DNA of 64,000 bases from IMG/VR virus record IMGVR_UViG_3300044858_003749; one strand, written 5' to 3'. Source of the DNA: a virus. Its lineage: Duplodnaviria; Heunggongvirae; Uroviricota; Caudoviricetes. This document shows, one piece after another, positions 31,961 to 41,106 of the stretch. The notes beneath the pieces are model-generated. The model had not been told where the DNA came from, ran no database searches, and saw only the letters and a program-made list of their open reading frames with translations. Numbering within the stretch: position 1 is the stretch's first letter; every line of letters starts with the position of its first letter. The translations under genes were made by a program, and so were the position numbers.

Positions 31961-32305
31961 GTGAATAATTATTTTGTTCGTCGTCGGGTCGCATTGAATC
32001 CTAAAACATTACCAGAAATCTTAGAAGGTCTGGCTAATGATAAGGATTGGAGTGTTCGTATTGAGGTTGCAGAAAATTCCAACACACCACCAGAAACCTT
32101 AGAACGGCTGGCTGATGATGAGAGTTCTTTTGTTCGTAGCTGTGCTGTACGAAATCCCAACACACCACCAGAAACCTTAGCTCGTCTGGCTAATGATGAG
32201 GATTGGTATGTTCGTCTTGGGGTTGTAATTAATCCCAACACACCACAATACATTAGAACTTATCTTAAAATTAAAAAGCTTCTGAATTATTATGAGCAAT
32301 TATGA
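31961..32305 (+). CDS. LRV/HEAT-like repeat protein (family member A, 3 repeats)
   Basis: 26-aa repeats 'NPNTPPETLERLANDEDWYVR'. C-terminal cap 'NPNTPQYIRTYLKIKKLLNYYEQL'. Confidence 0.7.
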   Translation: MNNYFVRRRVALNPKTLPEILEGLANDKDWSVRIEVAENSNTPPETLERLADDESSFVRSCAVRNPNTPPETLARLANDEDWYVRLGVVINPNTPQYIRTYLKIKKLLNYYEQL

Positions 32306-32579
32306 GCTAGCGAGGAGTCGCAACACCACACCAGAAACATTAGAACGTCTGGCTAATGATGTGAATGCCACTGTTCGTTGTGAGGTTGCAGAAAATATCA
32401 ACACACCACAAGAAAGTTTAAAAAATCTGGCAAATGATAATAATCGGACTGTTGCGTATTATGCTAGAAATAATAAAAATTATAATAATCCAATGAAACT
32501 AGAGACCTTTGAGTTTTTTGAATGGGTGGAAAATGCAAGCATAGAAGATCTAGAGAACTTTGCAAATAAAGAATTGTGA
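32292..32579 (+). CDS. LRV/HEAT-like repeat protein (member B, 2 repeats, divergent C-terminus)
   Basis: Starts 'MSNYELA' and overlaps the stop of member A. Confidence 0.65.
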   Translation: MSNYELARSRNTTPETLERLANDVNATVRCEVAENINTPQESLKNLANDNNRTVAYYARNNKNYNNPMKLETFEFFEWVENASIEDLENFANKEL

Positions 32580-32929
32580 AAACTATTATTGCCGGATCAA
32601 GAAATTGTAATAACATAAAAGAATTAATAAAAGCTATTGAAGATTGTAATTGGGTAATAACAACAGTAATAAGTGGAAAAGCTAAGGGTGCTGATACATT
32701 AGGTGAATTGTGGGCCAAATATATGAAGGTTCCTATTATTGAATTTCCAGCCGATTGGAAAACTTATGGTAGATCCGCCGGCCCCCGTAGAAATATTCAA
32801 ATGGCAGATAATGCAGAAGCTCTTATTGCATTATGGGATGGTGAGAGTCGTGGAACAAAACACATGATAAGTGTAGCCGAAGAAAAACAACTATTGGTAC
32901 ACGTCCATAAATTCTGTTGTGACGGTTGA
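32576..32929 (+). CDS. SLOG-like (DprA/LOG/YspA-type Rossmann) small protein
   Basis: GTG start overlapping the stop of member B. Motif 'IAGSRNC...VISGKAKGADTLGELWAK...IALWDGESRGTKHM' resembles the SLOG/DUF2493 pattern. Confidence 0.45.
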   Translation: MKTIIAGSRNCNNIKELIKAIEDCNWVITTVISGKAKGADTLGELWAKYMKVPIIEFPADWKTYGRSAGPRRNIQMADNAEALIALWDGESRGTKHMISVAEEKQLLVHVHKFCCDG

Positions 32930-32998
32930 AAAACTGTCACTTCTTTTCGTTTGTGGGTGGTAATCGCTGTTATTCTATTCGGAGAGTTCACGAGAAGA

Positions 32999-33421
32999 AT
33001 GTTTTCTGAAGAAGATACTGCGCGATGTTGGGATGCACAAAATCCTAAAACCACACCAGAAACCTTAGATCGTCTGGCTAACGATAAGAGTAATCTGGTT
33101 CGTCGTAGGGTTGCAGAAAATCCCAATACACAATCAGAAACATTAGAACGTCTAGCTGATGACGACGATTATTGGGTTCGTTTTCGGGTTGCAATTAATC
33201 CCAACGCACCACCAGAAGCCTTAGAACGGCTGGCGAATGATAAGGATTCTTCTGTTCGTTGGTATATTGCAAGAAATCCTATCACACCACCAGAAGTTTT
33301 AGAACTTATGGCTAATGATAGGGATTGGGATGTTCGTTGGCAGGTTGCAAGAAATCCTAACACACCGCAATACATTATAACGTATCTTAAAATCAAGGAG
33401 TTTCTGAATTATTATGAGTAA
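32999..33421 (+). CDS. LRV/HEAT-like repeat protein (member C, 4 repeats)
   Basis: Repeats plus the 'PQYIITYLKIKEFLNYYE' cap. An alternative start is at 32951. Confidence 0.7.
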   Translation: MFSEEDTARCWDAQNPKTTPETLDRLANDKSNLVRRRVAENPNTQSETLERLADDDDYWVRFRVAINPNAPPEALERLANDKDSSVRWYIARNPITPPEVLELMANDRDWDVRWQVARNPNTPQYIITYLKIKEFLNYYE

Positions 33422-33731
33422 TTATGATCTAGCAAGAAATTCCAACACATTACCAGAAGCTTTAGATCGTCTGGCTAATGATAACGATTATTGGGTTCGT
33501 CAATATGTTGCATATAATCCATCCACGCCACCAGAAGCTTTAGAACGTCTGGCTAATGATAAGTATCCATGTATTCGTTGTGGGGTTGCATGGAATCCCA
33601 ACACACTACCAGAAATATTAGTTAATATGTCTAATGATAAGTATATTTATATTCGTAGCTGTGTTGCAAATAATCCCAGCACACCACAATACATTAGAAC
33701 ATATCTTAAACTCAACCAAAACAATTTTTGA
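33414..33731 (+). CDS. LRV/HEAT-like repeat protein (member D, 3 repeats)
   Basis: Starts 'MSNYDLA' and overlaps the 'YYE*' of member C. Confidence 0.7.
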   Translation: MSNYDLARNSNTLPEALDRLANDNDYWVRQYVAYNPSTPPEALERLANDKYPCIRCGVAWNPNTLPEILVNMSNDKYIYIRSCVANNPSTPQYIRTYLKLNQNNF

Positions 33732-33732
33732 C

Positions 33733-34986
33733 ATGTCTTTGAGCGCCATTAAACTCCGCCCACAACAGACCGAAGCTCTTGGTATTATGGAAGAGCATAA
33801 TAAAGTTCGGGTTATTGCTGCAACATCAGCGGGTAAGAGTTACATCATCTTCTTTGATATTCATAAGAAAGCGAAGAATAAAGAGAACTCTTTGTTTGTT
33901 ATCGTAAGCTCTCGTATTCTACTCCTTCAACAACTAGAGAAAGAATATTCTAAACTATTTGATAATACTCATATCGTTCATATGCACTCTGGAGAAGCCA
34001 AAAGCCGTAAGATTACAGATTATCTTGAGTTCAGTTATTGGGCAGAAGTCACCGAAGGACCTAAGATTGTTTTTGTAACTTATCATTCTCTTAAGAAGAT
34101 CGTTAAGAGTGAGATGAATATTGATGCTCTATATTTGGACGAATGCCACAATGGAGCTAAGAGTCACTTCTTTGAGTATATTAAAGGAGTTGAACCTTAT
34201 TGTAATAATCTTTACAGTTTCACCGCTGCTCCTCGTTATCATCCAGATCCTACAAAAAACGGTAACAACAACTCAGAAGTTTTTGGTAGTCAAGTTTATA
34301 ATGTTAATACTCTTGATTTGATCAAGAATGGTTCTATTCTTCCACCAAAATCCCAAACCATGAGAATTCCTTCCGTGCGGGATAAGAAGCAGAACCCTCA
34401 TGAGAGTGATTATTATACTCTTATGGACTATCTTTATAATAACGATAATACCGAGAGAGTTCTTATTACTTGCCCCTCTTCAAGATCACTTATGGATTTG
34501 ATTTGTCTTACTGATTTTTTGAAAGATTTGAATGATAGTGGTTATGATGTATTTCATATCACATCAAAATATGGTGCCTTCCATAATAAGACAAAGATTA
34601 AACGGTCAGAATTCTTGAATCGGATGGAAGAGTATGGGGAGCAAAATAAAAAATTTGTCGTTCTCCATTATAGTATCTTGACCGAAGGTTGGAGTAATAA
34701 TTCCATTCAGGCATCTATTCTCATGCGACAACAACAATTGGGTGCTACAATTCAAAATATTGGTAGGACACTACGGATTGGCCATTCAGATATTGATCGT
34801 ATTCAAAAAGGGGAGTTGACTGCTGGTGATTATGATAATTATGAAAAGCCCTGTGGTAACATAATCATTCCAGTATATGAGAACGTGGGTTCTAACATTG
34901 AAGAACAGGTAGATTTTGTTATTGACGAGGTTTTTACCAAAGGTAATTATGTTCACGATCTTATTAATGAGAAAAAGAAGTCATGA
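33733..34986 (+). CDS. SF2 DExH-box helicase / type III restriction Res-like ATPase
   Basis: Walker A 'AATSAGKS' and DECH box 'LYLDECHNGAKS'. It is inserted between LRV members D and E. Confidence 0.6.
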   Translation: MSLSAIKLRPQQTEALGIMEEHNKVRVIAATSAGKSYIIFFDIHKKAKNKENSLFVIVSSRILLLQQLEKEYSKLFDNTHIVHMHSGEAKSRKITDYLEFSYWAEVTEGPKIVFVTYHSLKKIVKSEMNIDALYLDECHNGAKSHFFEYIKGVEPYCNNLYSFTAAPRYHPDPTKNGNNNSEVFGSQVYNVNTLDLIKNGSILPPKSQTMRIPSVRDKKQNPHESDYYTLMDYLYNNDNTERVLITCPSSRSLMDLICLTDFLKDLNDSGYDVFHITSKYGAFHNKTKIKRSEFLNRMEEYGEQNKKFVVLHYSILTEGWSNNSIQASILMRQQQLGATIQNIGRTLRIGHSDIDRIQKGELTAGDYDNYEKPCGNIIIPVYENVGSNIEEQVDFVIDEVFTKGNYVHDLINEKKKS

Positions 34987-35327
34987 ATAATGAAGGATTG
35001 AAAATATTACAGGCGTCTAATACCAACACACCAACAGAAATCTTAGAACGTCTGGCTAATGATGGGGATTATTATGTTCGTTCTCGGGTTGCATCTAATC
35101 ACAACACATCACCAGAAACCTTAGAACGTCTGGCTAATGATGATTTTGTGGATGTTCTTTATTGGGTTGCAGAAAATCCCAACACTCCGTCAGAAATCTT
35201 AGAACGTTTGGCTAATGATGGTTCTTGGTTTGTTCGTTGTGGGGTTGCAAATAATCCCAATACACCTCAATACATTATAACATATCTTAAAATCAAGAAG
35301 TTTCTGAATTATTATGAGCAATTATAA
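34983..35327 (+). CDS. LRV/HEAT-like repeat protein (member E)
   Basis: ATGA overlap with the helicase stop. 3 repeats plus cap. Confidence 0.7.
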   Translation: MNNEGLKILQASNTNTPTEILERLANDGDYYVRSRVASNHNTSPETLERLANDDFVDVLYWVAENPNTPSEILERLANDGSWFVRCGVANNPNTPQYIITYLKIKKFLNYYEQL

Positions 35328-35862
35328 TCCCAACATATCACCAGAAACATTAGCTAGTCTGGCTAATAATGATTATGGGGTTGTTCGTTTTGGGGTTGCA
35401 ACAAATCCTAACACACCACCAGAAGCATTAGAACTTCTGGCGAATGATGATCATATTGATGTTCGTCGTGGGGTTGCAGTGAATCCCAACACACCACCAG
35501 AAACATTAGAACTTCTGGCTAATGATGAGAATGTTGGTGTTCGTGTGAGGGTTGCAGGAAATCTCAACACACTACCAGAAGCATTAGAACGTCTTGCTAA
35601 TGATGGCGATTATTATGTTCGTTATTGGGTTGCATCAATTACCAACACACCACCAAAAATATTAGTTATTATGGCTAACGATAAGCATTCTCATGTTCGT
35701 AGCTGTGTTGCATCTAATACCAATACACCACCAGAAGCCTTAGAACGTCTGGCTAATGATAATAATTGGCTTGTTCGTTGGCAGGTTGCATATAATCCCA
35801 ACACTCCCCAATACATTCTAACTTATCTTAAAATCAAGGAGTTTCTGAATTATTATGAGTAA
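35314..35862 (+). CDS. LRV/HEAT-like repeat protein (member F, 6 repeats)
   Basis: 182 aa of repeats plus cap. Its start overlaps the 'YYEQL*' of member E. Confidence 0.7.
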   Translation: MSNYNPNISPETLASLANNDYGVVRFGVATNPNTPPEALELLANDDHIDVRRGVAVNPNTPPETLELLANDENVGVRVRVAGNLNTLPEALERLANDGDYYVRYWVASITNTPPKILVIMANDKHSHVRSCVASNTNTPPEALERLANDNNWLVRWQVAYNPNTPQYILTYLKIKEFLNYYE

Positions 35863-35864
35863 TT

Positions 35865-36107
35865 ATGAGTAATTATGATCCCCACACATCAACAGAAACA
35901 TTAGATCGTCTGGCTAATGATGAAGATTTGGAAGTTCGTTGTCAGGTTGCACAAAATCCCAATACACCACCAGAAGCATTATCACGTCTGGCTGATGATA
36001 AGAGTTATTATGTTCGTTCTGGGGTTACATTTAATCCCAACACACCTCAATACATTCTAACTTATCTTAAAATCAAGAAGTTTCTGAATTATTATAAATT
36101 ATTATGA
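35865..36107 (+). CDS. LRV/HEAT-like repeat protein (member G, 2 repeats)
   Basis: Repeats plus cap. Confidence 0.7.
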   Translation: MSNYDPHTSTETLDRLANDEDLEVRCQVAQNPNTPPEALSRLADDKSYYVRSGVTFNPNTPQYILTYLKIKKFLNYYKLL

Positions 36108-36436
36108 CTAATTACGATATAGCAAAAAATCTCAATACATCAATAGAAACCTTAGAACGTCTGGCTAATGATGACGATTGTTGTGTTCGTTGTGGGGTTG
36201 CAGAAAATCCCAACACACCACCAGAAGCATTAGCACGTCTGGCGAATGATAATAGTTATTATGTTCGTGGCTGGGTTGCAAGAAATCCCAATACACCACC
36301 AGAAGCCTTAGAACGTCTGGCTAATGATAATAATTGGCTTGTTCGTTGGCAGGTTGCATTTAATCCCAACACCCCCCAATACATTCTAACTTATCTCAAA
36401 GTTAGACAGTTTCTGAGGTGTCACACTAGAACCTAA
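36104..36436 (+). CDS. LRV/HEAT-like repeat protein (member H, 3 repeats)
   Basis: Starts 'MTNYDIA'. Repeats plus a variant cap. Confidence 0.7.
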   Translation: MTNYDIAKNLNTSIETLERLANDDDCCVRCGVAENPNTPPEALARLANDNSYYVRGWVARNPNTPPEALERLANDNNWLVRWQVAFNPNTPQYILTYLKVRQFLRCHTRT

Positions 36437-36482
36437 AAACTCACAGGGGGTGCTATTATGGATTCATAATTCAGCTCAAACC

Positions 36483-37226
36483 ATGACCAATTACGTTTTT
36501 ATCGGAGACGTTCACTCTCAATTCTCCAAATTTTCCGCAGCGGTGGATTGGATTCAAAATAATGTGAAAGATTATCACATTATTCAAGGTGGTGATCTCT
36601 TTGATTCTAGGTCAGAGGAATCTAATTCTATGTTAGTTTATAATCTTGTTAAACTATTGGAGGATCGTATTACGGTTCTACATTCAAATCATCATATTAA
36701 ACTCTATAAGATTCTAACACAAGAAAATAATAACATGCAAAATCTGGAGAGTCTTCATAGGACTGTTATAGATTTTGATTTTGATAATAACAAAAGTCTG
36801 AAAGACGAGATCGTGAATTGGTTAGAAACCCTTCCTTACGGCGTCTCTTTTAAAGATCAGACGGGATTGGAATATAGGGCCTGCCATGCTTATTGGTTCA
36901 AAAAGCTTTATGTGCCGAATGAGTATGAAGGACTTTATCCCATTCATGAAGTTTCAGCAAAAGCCAAGGGGCAGATGTTGTATGGAATTAGCCGAAAAGG
37001 AGAAGACGGTGGAAATGAAAGGATTTTGTGGTGGAGTAATATCAATAATTCTTATTGTGGAGAGAAAGAAGAATTTGTAAGAGTTTCTTTTCATTATCAT
37101 ACAGTATCTTTGGATATTGAAGGAACTTCGGGACGAAAGCATCTGATTTTGGATGGATCTTGTGGTGACAAAGGTGGAGAATTGGTTGTCTATGATGTAA
37201 GCAATCATAGATGTGTCAGATTTTAA
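36483..37226 (+). CDS. calcineurin-like metallophosphoesterase (lambda-PPase / ApaH-like Ser/Thr phosphatase)
   Basis: Motifs 'GDVHS', 'GGDLFDSR' and 'LHSNHH' correspond to GDxHG, GDxxDRG and GNHE. Confidence 0.7.
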   Translation: MTNYVFIGDVHSQFSKFSAAVDWIQNNVKDYHIIQGGDLFDSRSEESNSMLVYNLVKLLEDRITVLHSNHHIKLYKILTQENNNMQNLESLHRTVIDFDFDNNKSLKDEIVNWLETLPYGVSFKDQTGLEYRACHAYWFKKLYVPNEYEGLYPIHEVSAKAKGQMLYGISRKGEDGGNERILWWSNINNSYCGEKEEFVRVSFHYHTVSLDIEGTSGRKHLILDGSCGDKGGELVVYDVSNHRCVRF

Positions 37227-37326
37227 AGTGGCACACCAGCAACACAAACTCTTCACTCATCGTGTTATTCTTATTGAAACTTTGGAGGACCAATGGAACT
37301 GAATGCTTTTCTGAATCAATTGATTA

Positions 37327-37584
37327 TTGATCTTGAAGATGTCTGTGATGACATTGAATTTGACTTCGGCAATAATACTGTCCCGGAAGAAAAAGTTCGC
37401 CAGATCAAAAAGGCCGTTGAGGATTTTCATAATGAAATTTAAAGTTGCTTATCAACGACCCAAAAAGAAAAAGGGTTTCTATGTCAAAGAAGAAGTTGTT
37501 TTTTATGACATTGAATCTGCTGTCTTCTATGAGTCGGAGATGACCAAACGAGGATCCAAGAACTTTAAAATTACCCCAATTTAG
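37327..37584 (+). CDS. hypothetical small protein
   Basis: 85-aa ORF. Confidence 0.3.
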   Translation: MILKMSVMTLNLTSAIILSRKKKFARSKRPLRIFIMKFKVAYQRPKKKKGFYVKEEVVFYDIESAVFYESEMTKRGSKNFKITPI

Positions 37585-37606
37585 GAGAATCTCATGACTG
37601 CTTTGG

Positions 37607-37903
37607 TTGAAACACTGTTACCTAGGATCACCAGCATTGAAGCATTTTTTTCTGATGGTGAATGGTGGGCTAGCATTCGCTATAGTGATGGAGGTGAAGA
37701 TGAGTTTGGACCTTTTGACACTAAAGAGAAAGCTGAAGGAGTTATCTTTTGATGATTTTGAATCCGCTCTTTATGTTTTTTCTGACGAATTCGGGTTTTT
37801 ATCTTCCGATCAGATGTTGATCTTGGATGTTGTATGCCTTAGTCCTCTACACGTAGAGGATTTTCTAGATATTTTTCTTTATACGAGGATATTAAATTCA
37901 TGA
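37607..37903 (+). CDS. hypothetical small protein
   Basis: 98-aa ORF. Confidence 0.3.
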   Translation: MKHCYLGSPALKHFFLMVNGGLAFAIVMEVKMSLDLLTLKRKLKELSFDDFESALYVFSDEFGFLSSDQMLILDVVCLSPLHVEDFLDIFLYTRILNS

Positions 37904-38048
37904 CTAAAATAACTACAGAACAAAAACAACAGAAGACCGAAGTAAATGAACTATCGGAAAAATTTCTAGAGTATATGGAGGATGTCATTCGTGATGACGA
38001 GGAATACGAATATCCTGAATACGATGATGCACCCTCATCTTTTTAATC

Positions 38049-38321
38049 ATGAACAGTATTGATAAAATTGTTTCTGTTGAAACAGAATATCGTCCAGGAG
38101 AAATTCCAACTCTTCGGGTTAATGTAACTGCTATTGTTGAAGATTTTGTTGTTGTCCATCAACAAACGCTAAACGATCCAGAGGAGTTAGGTCCTGCTGA
38201 ATGTTTTATGGAATTTACTGTTGATGATTATGAAGAAGATCTCGTTATGAATGAGCCAAATATTCTTGAGCTTATTGATCATTTTGGAACCGAATGGAAG
38301 CTAACCTCTTATGACGATTGA
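38049..38321 (+). CDS. hypothetical small acidic protein
   Basis: 90-aa ORF. Confidence 0.3.
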   Translation: MNSIDKIVSVETEYRPGEIPTLRVNVTAIVEDFVVVHQQTLNDPEELGPAECFMEFTVDDYEEDLVMNEPNILELIDHFGTEWKLTSYDD

Positions 38322-38340
38322 ACAACTGGCACAATACCCT

Positions 38341-38368
38341 TTGCAAACTCAGGAGAATGTGGTATGGT
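38341..38368 (+). promoter_or_regulatory. sigma70-like promoter TTGCAA-16nt-TATGGT
   Basis: Paralogous to the 1272-1300 element. The spacers 'actcagg...tgtgg' are near-identical. Confidence 0.35.
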
Positions 38369-38807
38369 AAGAAAGTCAAGTCGTAGGAGGTCTACCGATA
38401 TAACATCCCTTGCTGACTCTCTCATTGATACCGAAGTTTTTTCTTGTTACAATGAGGAACTTGATTTAGAAACACTTAAACTTTTGGAGATTTACGAAAT
38501 GCAATCTACTATGAATTCTGTTGATACTATGCCGGCCATGGGGCAACTTGATGTCGGCCCGAATAATACCTTTAGTGCTACCTTTACCGAAGAAGGAAGT
38601 AGTGCTATTCAATCTGTTTCCTATATGGGCGAAATGCTGGATGTTATCTATCGCAGCAATCCTTCCGTGATTTATCAATACACTGCAACCGAAGATACTC
38701 TTTCTGCTATTATGAAAGAAGTTCAGGCTACTCTTGTTGATGGTGAAGGATCTGTCGGCTCTATCATCTCTCGTCTAAAAAATTCCAACGCTATCCAACT
38801 TGTTTGA
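38364..38807 (+). CDS. hypothetical protein
   Basis: 147-aa ORF. Its ATG lies inside the -10-like hexamer. Confidence 0.35.
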   Translation: MVRKSSRRRSTDITSLADSLIDTEVFSCYNEELDLETLKLLEIYEMQSTMNSVDTMPAMGQLDVGPNNTFSATFTEEGSSAIQSVSYMGEMLDVIYRSNPSVIYQYTATEDTLSAIMKEVQATLVDGEGSVGSIISRLKNSNAIQLV

Positions 38808-38951
38808 TATGTACCATAAGAAAATTGAAACACAAAAAGACGCCATTGAATATCTACAAAAAGGTAAGGTGTCTAAAATTCTAGAACGACTTGACAATCT
38901 ACCTCTTATGATTGAAACTCCCGAACAAGAGGAACGAAATCCTGTTGAGGT

Positions 38952-39515
38952 TTGATTATGTCTCAACCAAGTTTTAAGGTTGGTGATATTGTTGTTTCTA
39001 AGAAAGGAACCCGCCCAGGAAAAATAATTGAAACTGATGCCTACAACTATAGCACCGACAGCTATGGATATGTAAAAGTTCAATATCTTCACAATAAAAG
39101 AACCCAACTCTTAGCAAAAGAAAACCTTGTACTTTATAATGATTCAAAAACAATGACACCAGAACAAAACACCCTTTATCAATTTAAACCTTCCGACTCT
39201 TCGGAATCCCTTTATGGGCATCACATTGGCACTAATCAACAAAGTCAATGGGTAATGGAAGAAAAAGGTACTGGGAAAATTCACGTTATTCCAAAAGAAG
39301 CTGCTGAAGAAGTTCTTCCTTTCACCTTCAGCGTAAAAATGGGGGGCACACGTCATTTTATCGCTGATCCTGACACGGTTCAAAAAGATGATATTCTTCT
39401 TTACACTGGAGGAGAATACCCAGAACTGGCTGTAGTGATTGCGACCAACACAAAAAACAAATCCGCTCAGAGTAAATTCATCGGTGTAAAATTAGTAACT
39501 ACGGAAAAATTATGA
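38952..39515 (+). CDS. hypothetical protein
   Basis: 187-aa ORF. Confidence 0.35.
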   Translation: MIMSQPSFKVGDIVVSKKGTRPGKIIETDAYNYSTDSYGYVKVQYLHNKRTQLLAKENLVLYNDSKTMTPEQNTLYQFKPSDSSESLYGHHIGTNQQSQWVMEEKGTGKIHVIPKEAAEEVLPFTFSVKMGGTRHFIADPDTVQKDDILLYTGGEYPELAVVIATNTKNKSAQSKFIGVKLVTTEKL

Positions 39516-39748
39516 TTGATTTAGAATCTGCCGATGAGGCATTCAAACTAACAGACGAGCAACTAACAGCTCTTATTATTGAGGATGTATTCCAAGGTGA
39601 TAATACAGCTAAAGAAAGTTGTCTAAAAGAACTAGCTGAGTTGAGAGGTTTAGATTACTCAAATCTAACACCCGAAGAACAGCAAAATCTTATTATTGAT
39701 AACGAAGACGATCTCTATTCCCTATCGGATCAATACAACGCTGCTTGA
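39512..39748 (+). CDS. hypothetical small acidic protein
   Basis: 78-aa ORF with a 4-nt overlap with the upstream gene. Confidence 0.3.
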   Translation: MIDLESADEAFKLTDEQLTALIIEDVFQGDNTAKESCLKELAELRGLDYSNLTPEEQQNLIIDNEDDLYSLSDQYNAA

Positions 39749-39760
39749 ACATTAATCCAC

Positions 39761-39786
39761 GGGCGTCTTTATGGCGCCCATTTTTA
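39761..39786 (+). terminator. rho-independent terminator
   Basis: Stem GGGCGTC/GGCGCCC with loop TTTAT, followed by ATTTTTA. Confidence 0.45.
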
Positions 39787-39805
39787 GCAATTTTGGGGTA
39801 CACTC

Positions 39806-39994
39806 ATGAAAACAATTTATTCACATCAAAAATGGGTTCTTTTTACACCCAGAAAAGCTACAGAGATCTCTAACCATTTGAATGAAATTCGTGAAAATGG
39901 ATTGATGTACGCTCCAAATAAAATAGGTAAAAACAAGTATGCCACGGTTGAAGTCTTTGACGAGGATGGGTATTCTTTGGGATTCTTAAATTAA
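39806..39994 (+). CDS. hypothetical small protein
   Basis: 62-aa ORF. Confidence 0.3.
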   Translation: MKTIYSHQKWVLFTPRKATEISNHLNEIRENGLMYAPNKIGKNKYATVEVFDEDGYSLGFLN

Positions 39995-39996
39995 GT

Positions 39997-40533
39997 TTGG
40001 CTATGTATGAAGATTATTCTAAAAAACAATTAGCTCTTCTGGCTAATGATAAACATTATTATGTTCGTTGTGGTGTTGCAAATAATCCCAACACACAACC
40101 AGAAACATTAGATCGTTTAGCGAACGATGAGCATCTGCATGTTCGTAGATATGTTGCACGAAATCCAAACACACCACCAGAAGCCTTAGATCGTCTGGCT
40201 AATGATGAGGATTCTTGGGTTCGTCTTGGGGTTGCAAGACATCCCAACACACCACCAGAAGTTTTAGAATGTTTGGCTAATGATAAGGATTATTCTGTTC
40301 GTTGTTGGGTTGCGAGAAATCCCAACACAACACCAGAAACCTTAGATCGTCTGGCTAATGATGAGCATTATTATGTTCGTACGCCGGTTGCATTTAATCC
40401 CAACACACCACCAAAAAGCTTAGAACGTCTGGCTAATGATGAGGATTGGTATGTTCGTTTTGGAGTTACAATAAATCCCAGCACACCTCAATACATTAAA
40501 ACCTATCTTAAAATTTTAAAATTATTCAAATGA
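39997..40533 (+). CDS. LRV/HEAT-like repeat protein (member I, 5 repeats)
   Basis: Repeats plus cap 'PQYIKTYLKILKLFK'. Confidence 0.7.
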   Translation: MAMYEDYSKKQLALLANDKHYYVRCGVANNPNTQPETLDRLANDEHLHVRRYVARNPNTPPEALDRLANDEDSWVRLGVARHPNTPPEVLECLANDKDYSVRCWVARNPNTTPETLDRLANDEHYYVRTPVAFNPNTPPKSLERLANDEDWYVRFGVTINPSTPQYIKTYLKILKLFK

Positions 40534-40737
40534 AACATTATAGCGTAGTTAGTGGGCCGGACTCTTTTGATACCGATTCCGTTGAAGAAGCCATTTCCGT
40601 TATGCAATCTATGGCAGAACATTTTGGTGGTGCTAAAGTTGTTGATAACACAACCAAAGAAATTATCTACGAAATCTAATAGACACATCCCGAACTGTCC
40701 ATTCAGACTCGTAGAGCCATTGGCTAGAGGATAAAAT

Positions 40738-41106
40738 ATGAGGAGTAAGGGTAACCCCATGAAAACTCTCAATGAAAAAGAACAAAAAGTTTTGCTTTTG
40801 GCTCTTAATCACCATCAAAAATACCATAATGACATTATCTCTCAATATTTTTTTGAGGATGATAAAAACTCGGTTGTATCGGAATCTTTTGAAAGTCTTG
40901 GGACAATTAACGATTTACACAATACTTTTTCGGGTGATTCAAATCTTCATCTTTTGAGATCAGGAGATTTAGAAAACATTGAAGCCGCTTTTACTCGTTC
41001 TGACGAGATTTATAATAATGGTGATAATGTAATCATGAAGGCCAGTCTTTATTTGGCTCTTATTGATACTATTAAGGCAATTCTGAGAAAAGATGATTGT
41101 ACTTGA
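40738..41106 (+). CDS. hypothetical protein
   Basis: 122-aa ORF. Confidence 0.35.
   Translation: MRSKGNPMKTLNEKEQKVLLLALNHHQKYHNDIISQYFFEDDKNSVVSESFESLGTINDLHNTFSGDSNLHLLRSGDLENIEAAFTRSDEIYNNGDNVIMKASLYLALIDTIKAILRKDDCT

Noticed and set aside
31969-33396. Minus-strand ORFs antisense to the LRV genes (31969..32253, 32797..33126, 33169..33396; also 40059..40250 and 41886..42089)
   Set aside because: They are by-products of the repetitive sequence. Each lies wholly inside a plus-strand LRV gene, lacks start context, and their repeats mirror the sense-strand periodicity.
31961-36436. Periodic 78-nt repeats as a CRISPR-like array
   Set aside because: The repeats are in frame and protein-coding, encoding alpha-helical repeat proteins with starts, stops and RBS-like overlaps. 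There are no unique spacers and no cas genes.
38324-38346. TGGCAC...TTGCA read as a sigma54 -24/-12 promoter
   Set aside because: The GG-to-GC spacing is about 14 nt rather than the 10-11 nt that sigma54 requires. Other copies of the AACTGGCAC motif lack any TTGCA element.
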